Shown: positions 40,834 through 51,388 of the stretch, piece by piece | How the letters are laid out: every line of letters starts with the position of its first letter | How positions within the stretch are numbered: position 1 is the first letter of the stretch | DNA from: Kiritimatiellia bacterium | Lineage (GTDB): Bacteria; Verrucomicrobiota; Kiritimatiellia; RZYC01 | DNA length: 64,000 nucleotides | Assembly: GCA_028708815.1 (NCBI GenBank) | Contig: JAQVYB010000001.1 | Span: 13,589-77,588, forward strand | Direction: 5' to 3' | Program-made: the position numbers and the translations under genes | Notes under the pieces: generated by a model | Told to the model about the DNA's origin: nothing | The model's database searches: none | What the model saw: the letters and a program-made list of their open reading frames with translations, nothing else

Positions 40834-43800
40834 TTATTCTGCGAGCGAAACGGCGACCAGATCATCAAGTACGATATACGCATTGGTGGAATCGAAGTTC
40901 TGAAATTCGATATGCGGGTAGACGCCGTAGTGGTAAACGGCGTTGGCATCGGGGATGCCGTGATCCACATCAATGATTTTTTTTCTGTTGTAAAATACCT
41001 TCAGGCGTTTGGCATCCATTTGCACCGCGAGGGGCGCGCCGTCCACATAGGGAGTGTTCGCCGGGAGCCCGAGTTCTTCGCGGTCACCCTGAATGCCGCG
41101 GTGGCGGAAGGGGAGAAATCCGATCTCCTCGTCTGCGCGCCACATTTCCACATAGATGGCCTGGCGAAAATAGTCGTTCCAGATGTTGCCAAAGAAGGGC
41201 TCCGGCATGAAACAGAATTTGGCGCGACCTTCGGTGAAGGCAGAGAGGGTGGCGGCGAGGCCGACCGCGTGTTGTTCATCAAAGCGCAGGCCAAGCGGAT
41301 TCTGATAATCCCGGTAGAGATTCATCCATACGCTTTGGTAGTTTTCGTCATTCGGGAGAAACACGGCGGCGCTGTCCTGGATGAAGGAGGAGGTGCTGCG
41401 GGAGGTGGACCAGGTGCGCAGGATGTTGAGCTGATCGGTCAGGGCACGCAGCATCATCATCTCGGGTGCGTCGTTGAACGTATGGACATACCACGTATCG
41501 GCGGGTGCGTCGATTTGCTGCACGCGCAGGTGGTCGAGTTCCACGAATTGTTCCCGCCCGGGGCGACCCTTGGCGGTAATGACGGCGAGACCGCCTTCGG
41601 GCCAGTCGGCCAGGGCGTATCCGTGGGCGATTGGCTCGGAGGTCCAGTCGCCGTAGATGAGGGAGGCCCCGGATTCGTTCATCTTCAGGATGAATGCCGC
41701 GCCGGGGATGAACGGCATCCAGTCGCTTTCGGTCAGGACGGTTTCTGCGGTGTCCATGGACGATAGGCAGGCTTTGACCCGATTGGTTCCGTCATAGAGT
41801 AAGCGGGCGGCAATGGAGGGCCCAAAGGTGCTCGGAAGGGCATTGGTGATCAAATCCCGGGTGAAGCACAGGCTCAGCTCGGTGCCGGAGGCGTTTTCCT
41901 CGCCGCCAAAGGCAGAGACGGCGGCGGAGAAGAGGCATCCCTCTCCGTTGAGGTTGAAGTGAGCTTCGGTTTCTTTGCGTGATTTGAGGCGCAGTGCGGC
42001 CGGTCCGTCGCCGGTGGCGATGCGGAGTTGCCGGTTGCTGATTGAAAAGGCCTCGGGGCGTCCGACAAGGGTAACCATGTCGCCGCACCAGCCGTAATCG
42101 AGGCGTTTGGTGTCGGGGGCTGCAAAGGTGGTCTGGAAAAGATCGGTGAAGAGGGTTTCTCCGGCGAGTCGGTTTCGGGGTTCAATGACGTGTATAAGGT
42201 GTGCGTTGGGTTGGAAATCGGCGGATTCGAAGGCGTCGAATTTTTCAGCGAGCGTGTCAAAGGAATCGGTTTGCAGGTCCACGAGTTCCGGGGTGTGTGG
42301 GTTGATTCGATATTGGAGGCCCCAGTGATCCCATCCGCGCTCGGGGAATTGGCGGTTGCCCCAGCCGGCTACTTTGAAATTCCAGTGGCACCAGTGAATG
42401 CCGAAGCGGTTGTAGCGGCGCAGGGCATAGTCATAGTTTTCGGGTGCGACGGGCTGAAATTCACCAATGAAGACGGGTACGTTCCGTTCGTTTTGAAAGC
42501 GGACGATGCGTTGGATGTTTTCATCGGCGACATTCTTTTGGGTGAGGACATCGCTGTCTCGCCAGTCGCCATGGGTGGAGTTTAGGGCGTGTTCATAACT
42601 GTGTATTTCGTAGACGACGTTGCTCCAGTTTTCTTTTTGTGGATCCGGGAGTTTGTCAAGAAAGCGGGCGTTCCAGGTCATGTGGGCGTTGTCTTCCATA
42701 AAGATGAGGTGATCGGGATCTTCGGCGCGTATGGCCTCGTACAGGCGACGGTGCAGCGGGAGAATGTATTGATTATATCGGGCGGGGAGTTCGTTGTTCA
42801 TGTCGCTGCTGTGCCACCAGGGGGCGGGTTCGTTGATGAGATCGTAGCCGGCTACGGCGGGATTTCCTTTGTAGTGTCTGGCCACGGCGGCCCAGAGGCG
42901 GACGGTGCGGTCCTGATGCTCCGGGACGTACCAGAGGCGGTTTCGGATGCCTTCCTTGCGCATGCACTGCTCATAATCATTCTGCCCGCCGGGGGTGGCG
43001 TGGAGGTCCAGGATGCAAAACATACCGCGTTTCGCACATTCGGCGACCACCCCGTCGAGGCGCGGGCTCCATTGCTGCTCGGGGAGCATTTCTCCGGCGT
43101 CATTCATGATCAGATCATAATTAAAGGGGAGGCGGATGCAGTTGATTCCGATGGACTGGAGCCAGTCGAGATCGGTGGCGGTGAAATAGGCGTCGCGGTG
43201 GCGCTCGATCAGGGCATTGGCGCGGTCGGCTCTGAAGAAGCGGAGGGAGTGGAGGTTTCCGACATCGCCGACGCCCTTGCCGGTGATGCCGGTGATCCGT
43301 ATGGTGCATGGTCCGGCGGGCAGCAGTGTGCCGTTGTAGATGGCGTATTCTTCGTAATTGTTCCATCCGCCGGAGTTGAAGAGAGGCACTTCGCCGAAGA
43401 GGTGTTGGGCGCCGGAGGCGTCGGTGATTTCAATGCGGAAGCGCCCGTCGTATTCAGGGTGGTCGTTTCCTGTGGCGGCGATGAGGGAAAGGTTGGTGAG
43501 TCCGGCAGGCAGGTTCACATTTTGAAATTCAATGAAGTCGCCGTTGCCGTAGCCGCCGATACCGTCCGGTTGGCAATCATAGGCGATGTTCACGCCGGAT
43601 GTTTTTTGCGCGTTGGTGGCATAGAGGGTGAGTGAGGCATCCACATTATCCACGAGCAGATCATACAGTTCCTCGGCGGAGGCTTTGTTTTCGATATCGA
43701 TCAGGCTGAGGTGCAGGAAGGCGGCGTTGCTGGGGCCGTCGGGATGGCGGGCGACAAGATAGAGGTCGTGCGGGCCGTCGAGGGAGGTAAGGAGGAGTCC

Positions 43801-44355
43801 GCGTGCTTCGGCGTTGTGGCATTCCTCTCCTTTGGAGTAGGCTGTTTCGATGAGGGCCAGAAGCGGGCCGTCCACCGCATCGGCGCGAAGCTCGAAGGTT
43901 CCCGGGACTTCATTGGATTGCACGTAGCGGAAAATATAAGCACCCAAGTAGGTGTTGAACGGGATCTTTTTAAAGCGGAGATAATCGCCGGGGCCGAATC
44001 CGGTGGCCGCTTTCTGCCAACACAGTTCCCGGAGTTCTGTTCCGGAGCCTTCGGCCTGAGCGGGTTCGAGTTCAATCCGGTTGCTTTTGTCTCCTTCGCC
44101 GACAATTCGCCCGAGCTGGTTGAAAAAGCGGTCGGGTTTGAAGCGCTGAATCCATTGTTCCCACGCGAGCCAATTGCCGATGTTTTCGGCCCGCAAGTGG
44201 ACGGTTTGGCCCTCTTCGTTCACAATATCCCCGTTTTCGGCCCGCAGCATGGAGAGTGCGGGGGGGGCATCGGGGGTGGTGGATTCGGCGGAGGCGAATG
44301 CGCCGGTTCCGGCAAAGAGCAGGAAGGCGAGGGAGAGTACAACTCGTGTCAACAT
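40834..44355 (-). CDS. Secreted multidomain glycoside hydrolase family 5 enzyme (1173 aa)
   Basis: Signal peptide MLTRVVLSLAFLLFAGTGAFASA. GH5 catalytic NEP motif (AGYDLINEPAPWW) and upstream FCILDLHATPGGQ. Long N- and C-terminal accessory (CBM/Ig-like) regions. Confidence 0.8.
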   Translation of the reverse strand: MLTRVVLSLAFLLFAGTGAFASAESTTPDAPPALSMLRAENGDIVNEEGQTVHLRAENIGNWLAWEQWIQRFKPDRFFNQLGRIVGEGDKSNRIELEPAQAEGSGTELRELCWQKAATGFGPGDYLRFKKIPFNTYLGAYIFRYVQSNEVPGTFELRADAVDGPLLALIETAYSKGEECHNAEARGLLLTSLDGPHDLYLVARHPDGPSNAAFLHLSLIDIENKASAEELYDLLVDNVDASLTLYATNAQKTSGVNIAYDCQPDGIGGYGNGDFIEFQNVNLPAGLTNLSLIAATGNDHPEYDGRFRIEITDASGAQHLFGEVPLFNSGGWNNYEEYAIYNGTLLPAGPCTIRITGITGKGVGDVGNLHSLRFFRADRANALIERHRDAYFTATDLDWLQSIGINCIRLPFNYDLIMNDAGEMLPEQQWSPRLDGVVAECAKRGMFCILDLHATPGGQNDYEQCMRKEGIRNRLWYVPEHQDRTVRLWAAVARHYKGNPAVAGYDLINEPAPWWHSSDMNNELPARYNQYILPLHRRLYEAIRAEDPDHLIFMEDNAHMTWNARFLDKLPDPQKENWSNVVYEIHSYEHALNSTHGDWRDSDVLTQKNVADENIQRIVRFQNERNVPVFIGEFQPVAPENYDYALRRYNRFGIHWCHWNFKVAGWGNRQFPERGWDHWGLQYRINPHTPELVDLQTDSFDTLAEKFDAFESADFQPNAHLIHVIEPRNRLAGETLFTDLFQTTFAAPDTKRLDYGWCGDMVTLVGRPEAFSISNRQLRIATGDGPAALRLKSRKETEAHFNLNGEGCLFSAAVSAFGGEENASGTELSLCFTRDLITNALPSTFGPSIAARLLYDGTNRVKACLSSMDTAETVLTESDWMPFIPGAAFILKMNESGASLIYGDWTSEPIAHGYALADWPEGGLAVITAKGRPGREQFVELDHLRVQQIDAPADTWYVHTFNDAPEMMMLRALTDQLNILRTWSTSRSTSSFIQDSAAVFLPNDENYQSVWMNLYRDYQNPLGLRFDEQHAVGLAATLSAFTEGRAKFCFMPEPFFGNIWNDYFRQAIYVEMWRADEEIGFLPFRHRGIQGDREELGLPANTPYVDGAPLAVQMDAKRLKVFYNRKKIIDVDHGIPDANAVYHYGVYPHIEFQNFDSTNAYIVLDDLVAVSLAE

Positions 44356-44657
44356 GGCGGTTCCTTTGTCTGTTCGTGGTTGGTGCTGGAAATGAAAATA
44401 AGTTCGGTATCGGTTCCATGATAGTGCAAAGAGCGCCCGGGGATCAATCGTCGAAGTCCGTGTTTCTTGAAAAATGTAACAGGCGCGTACGGGGATCGAT
44501 TGGGAAGGGATTCAACCCTGATATTCATGTGACGCCGAAGAACCTTGACTGCATACTAGGAAACAACTAGTCATGTTTTGCACGGATGCGGTGTTTTCGA
44601 TTGGAGAAGGCTTTTTGTTTTCAGGTGAAGGCCGCATGCATCGTTACGGGGAGTCTT

Positions 44658-46823
44658 ATGAAAAAATGGTTTTTGATCGCCGGTTACTTTCTTTTCTGGA
44701 GCATGGCGGGTTGGGCTCAATCGTCGTTTTTTCACACGTCCGGCCAGCAGATTCTGGATGGCAATAATGAGGTCTACGTGGCTCATGGTCTGGTGCTCAG
44801 CGGCTGGCTGATACCCGAGGCGTATGGATTGAAGCTCGACGAGGTTCACGATCGGCACATAAACGCCTACACCGATATACGCGCCAACATCCGTGCCCTT
44901 CTCGGCAATGATGCCGATGCCAAGCTGTTCTGGGATACCTACACCTCCAACTATGTCACCACGGCGGATCTGGCGGCATTCAAAGCGATCGGGTTCAATT
45001 CAGTTCGTCTTCCTTTTAATTATCGGCTTTTGATGAGTGTGACCAATGAACCGGATGTGTTTCTGGAGGAAGGGTTTCAATTTCTTGATAACGTGATCCA
45101 GCTATGCAAAACGAATGGGTTGTCGGTGTTGCTTGATATGCATGCCTGTCCCGGTGGCCAGTCGCACGATGCGTATGCCGATCCCGAACACACGTATTGG
45201 TCGGAGGACGGGAACGGGGTATGGCGAGAACACGGCGTGGCGGTGCTATGGGAATCCAATGCGCAATATTATGCGGCCACGGGCCGTACGCCGGAGGCCA
45301 ATAAGCAGCGAACGATCAATCTGTGGCGGGAGATTGCCCGGCGCTACGTCAACGAGCCGGCCATTCTGGGTTATGAACTGATCAACGAACCCTATTTTTA
45401 TACGTCATCCGGGGTCACCACGAATGACCTACGCGACCTGTTCATCCGAATCACGTCCGCCATCCGGGAGGAGGATACCAATCACATCGTTTTTGTGGAG
45501 GGAAATATCTTTGCCGAATTCATTGATGGTCTGACCCCGCCCTGGGATGACAACATGGCCCTCGCTTTTCACCGGTACTGGCGTGAGACGGGCTATGAGG
45601 ACGGGGTGGTTCAATCGTATCTCGATGCACGCTCCACCTACAATGTTCCGCTCCTCATGACCGAATCCGGTGAAAATTCCAATCCGTGGGTTTATGAAAT
45701 CAACCAATTGATGGAAAGCAATGGGATTGGCGGTTTTTGGTGGGGTTTTAAAAAGGTGGACGTCAATTCCGTGGTCTACCATGTCGACAAGACGGAGGAC
45801 TACCAGTATGTCATCGACAACTGGCGTGACGCCCCGGCGGTTGATGAGGTTCGTGTCAAGGGTGGGCTTATGGACCTTGCGAATCGTGTCTCGACAACCC
45901 ATTGCACCTATATTCCCGGCTATTTCGAGGCTTTGTTCGATCCGCAGTTCCCTGTGCTTTCTCGGCCGTTTGCGGACCATGTGATTCCCGGCGTTGTGTA
46001 TTTTTCGGACTACGATGTGGGGAATGAGGGCATTGCGTATCACGATAGTCGGTATAAAAACACCACGTATGAGGGGGAGGGGTGGAATTTGGGGTGGACC
46101 TATCGAAGCGATGGTGTAGACCTTTCCACCTGCGGCACGGGCAATCAGTACAACGTGGCGTACATCGATTCCGATGAGTGGGTGAAATACACCGTTCGGA
46201 TTCTTCACGCCGGGGTGTATGATTTAGATATCTGTGCCGCCACGCCCTATGCGGATCGGCGCATCCAATTCTTCCTCGATGGGGTCGATCTGACCGGTGC
46301 GGTGATGCTTCGGCAGGGCACCGGATGGGATGACTGGCAGCACGTGATCGTCACCAATCTCACCCTACCTGTCGGACCCCATGTGTTGAAAGTACTCATG
46401 CTTACGAACGATTTTGATCTCTCCGGCATGTCGTTTGAACTGTCCAACCGTGACTTTGTGGACCGTGACGGGGACCAAATCGATGACCATTGGGAAATCC
46501 GGTATGGCGGCGATTTGGATCCTGCGGCAAATGCCGATCAGGATGGGTTGAATAATCTGCAGGAGTACTTCGCCGACACGGATCCGACCAACGCCGCGTC
46601 CTCGCTGGTCGTTGCGATGCTTCTTCCCAATGAGCCGGGGAAAATTCTTGAAGTGTCCTCTTCCACCGGGCGGCTTTATACCCTGCAATACAGGGCTTCT
46701 TTGTTGTCCGGGGGCTGGAGCAACCTGCAATCCAACGTGGCGGGGGACGGCGGTATGCTTTCCCTGTCGGACACCAATGCGTTTCCGTCAGGATACTACC
46801 GTGTGGGTGTGTCACGGCCCTGA
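44658..46823 (+). CDS. Secreted glycoside hydrolase family 5 enzyme with C-terminal calcium-binding type-3-like repeats and a terminal beta-sandwich domain
   Basis: Signal peptide MKKWFLIAGYFLFWSMAGWAQS. Motifs VLLDMHACPGGQS and ILGYELINEPYF. C-terminus DRDGDQIDDHW...DPAANADQDGLNNLQEY. Start at 44658; ORF-track start is 44586. Confidence 0.82.
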   Translation: MKKWFLIAGYFLFWSMAGWAQSSFFHTSGQQILDGNNEVYVAHGLVLSGWLIPEAYGLKLDEVHDRHINAYTDIRANIRALLGNDADAKLFWDTYTSNYVTTADLAAFKAIGFNSVRLPFNYRLLMSVTNEPDVFLEEGFQFLDNVIQLCKTNGLSVLLDMHACPGGQSHDAYADPEHTYWSEDGNGVWREHGVAVLWESNAQYYAATGRTPEANKQRTINLWREIARRYVNEPAILGYELINEPYFYTSSGVTTNDLRDLFIRITSAIREEDTNHIVFVEGNIFAEFIDGLTPPWDDNMALAFHRYWRETGYEDGVVQSYLDARSTYNVPLLMTESGENSNPWVYEINQLMESNGIGGFWWGFKKVDVNSVVYHVDKTEDYQYVIDNWRDAPAVDEVRVKGGLMDLANRVSTTHCTYIPGYFEALFDPQFPVLSRPFADHVIPGVVYFSDYDVGNEGIAYHDSRYKNTTYEGEGWNLGWTYRSDGVDLSTCGTGNQYNVAYIDSDEWVKYTVRILHAGVYDLDICAATPYADRRIQFFLDGVDLTGAVMLRQGTGWDDWQHVIVTNLTLPVGPHVLKVLMLTNDFDLSGMSFELSNRDFVDRDGDQIDDHWEIRYGGDLDPAANADQDGLNNLQEYFADTDPTNAASSLVVAMLLPNEPGKILEVSSSTGRLYTLQYRASLLSGGWSNLQSNVAGDGGMLSLSDTNAFPSGYYRVGVSRP

Positions 46824-46862
46824 TAATCCGCCATTTTTAAACGCAAAACCCTTTGGAACGCT

Positions 46863-48266
46863 CTATCTCGCAGAGAACCTGATTCGATTGAAGGATAGGG
46901 GAGGCAAGTCGGTCGGAAGGCTTCGTCCGTCCGCACCCTCTGCCATTTCGTGGCTCACCCTGATGCCGGGCGAGACGAATGACTCGGCATGAGCCTTCGT
47001 GGCATCGAAACCGGCGTTTTCAATAATAAACTGCACGGATGCGGCTTCATTGCCCTTGTTGATCAGATAGACCTGGAGGTCGCCTTCCTGCCCCAGGGCG
47101 GCAAACCCATATACGCTTTTGGCTGAAGATTCCGTCTCCAACAGCTCGTTCCCCATGGCGTGTGCAACCATCTCGAAAACATGGGCGATGGGATTGAGTT
47201 TCAGGAGTCGTCTCTTGCTATCCGTGGTGACGAGAATCCGAGTCTCTGCCGGGCCCATATTGAGATTCCAGCAGCAGGCCTGATAGACGTCGTTCCGGAA
47301 CACTTCAATCAGGTAATCCGCCGCAACGAGCGCCTGATCAAACTCGTTTCCATCGGTCAGTTTCCCTACGCCCCATTCATTGAACGCCAGCTTGACGTTT
47401 GGGCGCCCTGCGCTTTTCATCGCCCGATAAAATGTGCGGATGCAGTCGCCGAATTTGCCGTGATAGAGTGGGCATTCATTTTGCCAATCGGAAATGCTCC
47501 CGCCTTTGGAAAGGGACCAGTCGTTTCCCCACTTTTCGTGAATGTCGAGCACGTCCAACTGTTTGGATGTGGCGGCGACCTCGATGCTTTGGGCCAATCG
47601 GTTTTTCGATTCCGGCGCGAATTTCCAGTCGCCGATAATCACAATGTTTGGATCGACGGATCGAAGAACCTCTGCATAACGGTCGATATATCGGGCATAT
47701 TCTCTGGGTTGAAAGCCTTTAAAGCACTCGTTTCCGATGTACCAGAACCTGACGGCGTACTCTTTCTCCCGGCAGTAGGTAATCAGCCTGCGCGCTTCCT
47801 CGATGGACTCCGCCTCCCGCTTGTATTTTTTCCCGGACTTGATGTTGATTCCAACCATGGGTTCTGCGCCGGCCCGGCGACAGAACGCGATATATTCGTC
47901 CAGATCCATGTACTCCTTTGGATCGGCAGACGCGGCCTGGTAGTCGGGGCTCCAGCTATCCTGTTTGAATGCAATTCCGTTGAGATTGTCCCAGTGATAA
48001 TTCTGTACGGCGGTTCCGCCCGGCCAGCGAATCACTCCCACCTTGCTCCTGCGCATCCAGTCGGTAATCCGTTCATCCGCGTAGAGGGAGTCCCTTTCAA
48101 AGGCGTAGACGAAGTGAGCGCCGGTCAGATACTTTGATATGGTCCCCAACGGGTGGTCCATGTCGATGCTTACGCGCACCTGATCCGGTTCGGCGGACTC
48201 TGCCAAGGGGCAGATTCGAAAGGCGGCAATCAGCAGGACAGTGAAACTCAGGCGGATGTTTGACAT
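46863..48266 (-). CDS. Secreted clan GH-A (TIM-barrel) glycoside hydrolase, GH51/GH39-like
   Basis: Signal peptide MSNIRLSFTVLLIAAFRICPLAESA. Catalytic acid/base-like motif WYIGNECF. Start at internal Met 48266; the Arg-rich 133-aa extension in the ORF track is rejected. Confidence 0.6.
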   Translation of the reverse strand: MSNIRLSFTVLLIAAFRICPLAESAEPDQVRVSIDMDHPLGTISKYLTGAHFVYAFERDSLYADERITDWMRRSKVGVIRWPGGTAVQNYHWDNLNGIAFKQDSWSPDYQAASADPKEYMDLDEYIAFCRRAGAEPMVGINIKSGKKYKREAESIEEARRLITYCREKEYAVRFWYIGNECFKGFQPREYARYIDRYAEVLRSVDPNIVIIGDWKFAPESKNRLAQSIEVAATSKQLDVLDIHEKWGNDWSLSKGGSISDWQNECPLYHGKFGDCIRTFYRAMKSAGRPNVKLAFNEWGVGKLTDGNEFDQALVAADYLIEVFRNDVYQACCWNLNMGPAETRILVTTDSKRRLLKLNPIAHVFEMVAHAMGNELLETESSAKSVYGFAALGQEGDLQVYLINKGNEAASVQFIIENAGFDATKAHAESFVSPGIRVSHEMAEGADGRSLPTDLPPLSFNRIRFSAR

Positions 48267-48367
48267 GATCCCTCTTTTTCGAGTGCTCATCCGTGGGTTT
48301 TTCCGCAGGGCGTTATATGCGAAACAAACACAATAGTTCACAAATTGTTCGGGGTTTTTTTTTGGGG

Positions 48368-49165
48368 TTATTTTGGTTTTACAGGGGTGACCACAGGCAG
48401 GTTGAACCGGTGGGCGAGGGCGAGTGCGTCGGGTATGTTTTTGGTGAGGTCGGCGGGGCGGTGCGCATCCGAATTGATGGTGACGGTTACGGGGAAGCGG
48501 GCGGCGGTTTCCCAGAAGGGGGGCCAAGGATACATGCATCGTATGCCGGACGGGGTTTCTATCTTTTCGCGCCGGAATCCGAGGGCATTGATTTCGAGAG
48601 GCATGTTCAGTTCGGCGGCGGCTTCGGCTATGGCTGCGGCGCAGGCCTCGGCATGGGCATCCCATACGGGATAGTCATTTCCAAAGATGTCCGGATGCGC
48701 GGTAAAGGCGAAGAGTTCGGTCTGCATAGCCCGGATGGTGTGATTGGTGTAGGCGGTGAGGCGTTCGGGGGTGTTGGTTTGTCCAAAGCACCCGAGCCAT
48801 TCCCCTTGGCATGGAAACCAGTGTTGCGCGCAGACGAGGTAATCCATCCCAAGCCGCCCGAGGAGTTCTTCTTCATAGAAGTGATGGTATTCGGGGATGT
48901 ACTCGCATTCGAGTGCCATGAGAATGGTGAGTTGGGGCCAGGCTTCGCGTGCCTCGCGGACGGAGTCGATGTAGAGTGGCAGGGAGGCCATGGGCATGCG
49001 TACGCCGGGCCAGCGGTCGTCCGGGATGGGTGTGTGATCCGAAATTCCGAGTATAGATAGACCACGGCGTACGGCCTCGGCGGCATAGTCTGTGGGCATC
49101 CCTTCTGCATGGCGACACAGTTGCGTGTGCGAGTGATAGTTTCCGGCGAGAAGAGGGGTGGGCAT
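48368..49165 (-). CDS. PHP-family phosphoesterase (histidinol-phosphatase HisJ-like)
   Basis: NYHSHTQLCRHAEG...ILGISDHTP. The PHP domain His/Asp metal ligands are present. Confidence 0.75.
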   Translation of the reverse strand: MPTPLLAGNYHSHTQLCRHAEGMPTDYAAEAVRRGLSILGISDHTPIPDDRWPGVRMPMASLPLYIDSVREAREAWPQLTILMALECEYIPEYHHFYEEELLGRLGMDYLVCAQHWFPCQGEWLGCFGQTNTPERLTAYTNHTIRAMQTELFAFTAHPDIFGNDYPVWDAHAEACAAAIAEAAAELNMPLEINALGFRREKIETPSGIRCMYPWPPFWETAARFPVTVTINSDAHRPADLTKNIPDALALAHRFNLPVVTPVKPK

Positions 49166-49168
49166 GGC

Positions 49169-49921
49169 TTATATCCGCGGAATCACGGTGCGGAGCAGCC
49201 GGGTCACGTTTTGTACGTTCTGCCCGAAAATGCGCAGTATTTCGGACCATTCAACGGGGGCTTCATCGGTTTTCCAGCAATCGTAGTCGGTCGCCATGGC
49301 CACGGCGGCGTAGGGAATGCCCGCTTCATTGGCAAGGGCGGCTTCGGGCGCGATGGACATGTTGACAACGTCGGCACCCCATATTCGAAACATGTTGGAT
49401 TCGGCACGCGTGGAAAAGCGCGGGCCTTCAATGGTGACGACGGTTCCGCGTTCGTGATGGCGTACTTTCAGTTCGCGGCAGGCCTGAACGAGGGTGTTGC
49501 GCAGTTCGGCGGCGAAGGGGTCGGCCATGGGGGTATGTTTGGCGTTTTCGGGGCCCGGTTGAAAGATTTCGTAAAAGGTGTTCATGCGGCGGTGGGTGAA
49601 GTCGATGAACTGGTCGAGAATGACGAGGTCGCCGCGCCGGATTTGTTCGCGGAGGGAACCGCAGGCGGTGGTGGCGAGGATATGGGTGCAGCCGCACTCT
49701 TTAAGGGCGTGAATATTGGCCCGGTAGTTAACTCCGGAGGGCGTGTGAGTGTGCTGGTGGCCGTGTCGGGCGATCAATACAATTTCGGTGCCCTCGATGG
49801 TGCCGCAGGTGAGGGGGGAGGAGGGGGCTCCAAAGGGGGTTTCCGCGGTCAGGTGTTTTGCGTTGGTGAGGATGTCGGGCTGGTCAAGTCCGGAGCCGCC
49901 GATAATGCCTATTTTATTCAT
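49169..49921 (-). CDS. mtnP: S-methyl-5'-thioadenosine phosphorylase (MTAP / PNP family)
   Basis: MNKIGIIGGSGLD...IARHGHQHTHTPSGVNYRANIHALKECGCTHILATTACGSLRE. Confidence 0.88.
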   Translation of the reverse strand: MNKIGIIGGSGLDQPDILTNAKHLTAETPFGAPSSPLTCGTIEGTEIVLIARHGHQHTHTPSGVNYRANIHALKECGCTHILATTACGSLREQIRRGDLVILDQFIDFTHRRMNTFYEIFQPGPENAKHTPMADPFAAELRNTLVQACRELKVRHHERGTVVTIEGPRFSTRAESNMFRIWGADVVNMSIAPEAALANEAGIPYAAVAMATDYDCWKTDEAPVEWSEILRIFGQNVQNVTRLLRTVIPRI

Positions 49922-50973
49922 AATGGATGATTGCTCAGGGGGAGTTTTTCATTGGGAGGCGAGTCGATTGCAACGGAACGGGAGAGAATTGCCGTTTCAT
50001 CGGGTAGATGCGCGATGGTGTGTATATCGGTGATGGCGCAGCGGATGTAGCCGAGGGCCAGTCCATAGTTGGCGAGCAGGGGGGTCATACCCCAGGCGGG
50101 AGTCTCTTTCGCGAGTTGTTTGAGCACGGGGTCGTCCAGTTGCGAGGCCATCTCTTCGAAGGAGGTAGCCCACATGCTGAAATCCCGGCTCTTGATTTTC
50201 GGAGCTTCGCGGGCCGGCATGACTTCCGCGCAGAGGGTCGGCCAGGCTTTACCGAGAATGGAAAGGTTTTCGCGGGAGGTTTGGGCGGCGAAGGGGACGG
50301 CCAGTCCGTCGCAATTGATCATGAGGCGGAAGTCGGATTCGGGGGTGATGAGGTCGCGGCGTCCGTGATAGACATCGGAGACCATTTGCAGGACCTTGGA
50401 GACTTCTTTTCCCTGGGTTGCCATATCGGCGGCCCCGGTGAGGTTGGTTTGGATTTCGCCGGTCAGATAGTTTTGCGCGTAATAATCGAGGGAGCCGTTT
50501 TCCAGATCATAGACGGCCGTGTGTTCGATGCGTTTGGCTTTTTTGAAGGGGGGGTTGATGTACTCATCCGTTTTTTTCATATAGAGGATGGTATTGAGGC
50601 CGGGCATGGTGGAAACGGAGACGAGGTGGTCATTGATGTAGATGCGTCCGTTTTTTTTGGTCTCTTCGTCGCATCGGGTGGATTGCAGGCGGATGCTGAT
50701 GAGGCAGCAGGGTTCCGTGCGCCTGCTTTCGGGGTAGGTCCAGTAGCCTTCGGTGGCCTCCATGGTGGCGGTTGCGACGCTGAGCATGTGGATGCCGAGC
50801 AGGCGGTAGGTGACGTTGTACGTCATCACCACGGTTGGTTTGGAGGGGGAGAAGTGGGTGGTGAGTTTGTCGAAGCAGGCCTGTTCATCCAGCCCATACG
50901 CTGCGGCGCAGGCGGCCAGCAGGCAGACAACGGAAATCATGCGCGTGAGGTAAAGGTGCCGAAAAAAGGTCAT
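49918..50973 (-). CDS. Hypothetical secreted protein
   Basis: 351 aa. N-terminal signal/anchor MISVVCLLAACAAAYG. Overlaps the MTAP start by 4 nt. Confidence 0.5.
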   Translation of the reverse strand: MTFFRHLYLTRMISVVCLLAACAAAYGLDEQACFDKLTTHFSPSKPTVVMTYNVTYRLLGIHMLSVATATMEATEGYWTYPESRRTEPCCLISIRLQSTRCDEETKKNGRIYINDHLVSVSTMPGLNTILYMKKTDEYINPPFKKAKRIEHTAVYDLENGSLDYYAQNYLTGEIQTNLTGAADMATQGKEVSKVLQMVSDVYHGRRDLITPESDFRLMINCDGLAVPFAAQTSRENLSILGKAWPTLCAEVMPAREAPKIKSRDFSMWATSFEEMASQLDDPVLKQLAKETPAWGMTPLLANYGLALGYIRCAITDIHTIAHLPDETAILSRSVAIDSPPNEKLPLSNHPL

Positions 50974-50979
50974 AGGCTG

Positions 50980-51372
50980 TCAGTCTATATGCCAATTTAC
51001 GTCATACTCATCATATCGCGAACCGATGTAGACCTTCATGACGGTCTTCTTGCCTTCCATGACGTCGGCATCGCCGAACCAGGCGCGATCGCCCCGCTTT
51101 TCTTCGAGGGCCACGCGGTAGGTTCCGGGGTCGCGGTCATAGAATTCGTAGTCGTCACTGCTTACCTTTTCCTGCTCGCGTCCCGAGATGTAGACATAGA
51201 TGTCGGAGAAGGTTCGGTTGTCAATGACCAGAGTACCCATTCCGTCCGGTATGTCATGGTCGTAGTTATCGTCGTCATCCCTTTCGCAGGATGAACAAAG
51301 GAGAGCGATCGTCAGCGCGCAGGTCAGTGTCAGAAAGGCATTCAGGCACCAGGTTTTTTTTGATGTAGTCAT
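50980..51372 (-). CDS. Hypothetical lipoprotein
   Basis: 130 aa with a lipobox-like LTLTCALTIALLCSSC followed by an acidic stretch. Confidence 0.5.
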   Translation of the reverse strand: MTTSKKTWCLNAFLTLTCALTIALLCSSCERDDDDNYDHDIPDGMGTLVIDNRTFSDIYVYISGREQEKVSSDDYEFYDRDPGTYRVALEEKRGDRAWFGDADVMEGKKTVMKVYIGSRYDEYDVNWHID

Positions 51373-51388
51373 CGTTTTACCCCTGTTG

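Noticed and set aside
42589-43635. 348-aa plus-strand ORF
   Set aside because: Antisense to the GH5 gene. Gly/Val/Ala-rich composition typical of a shadow frame.
48267-48665. 133-codon N-terminal extension of the 46863..48665 ORF
   Set aside because: The extension is Arg/Pro-rich low-complexity sequence. A canonical signal peptide begins at the internal Met (48266), which is the likely true start.
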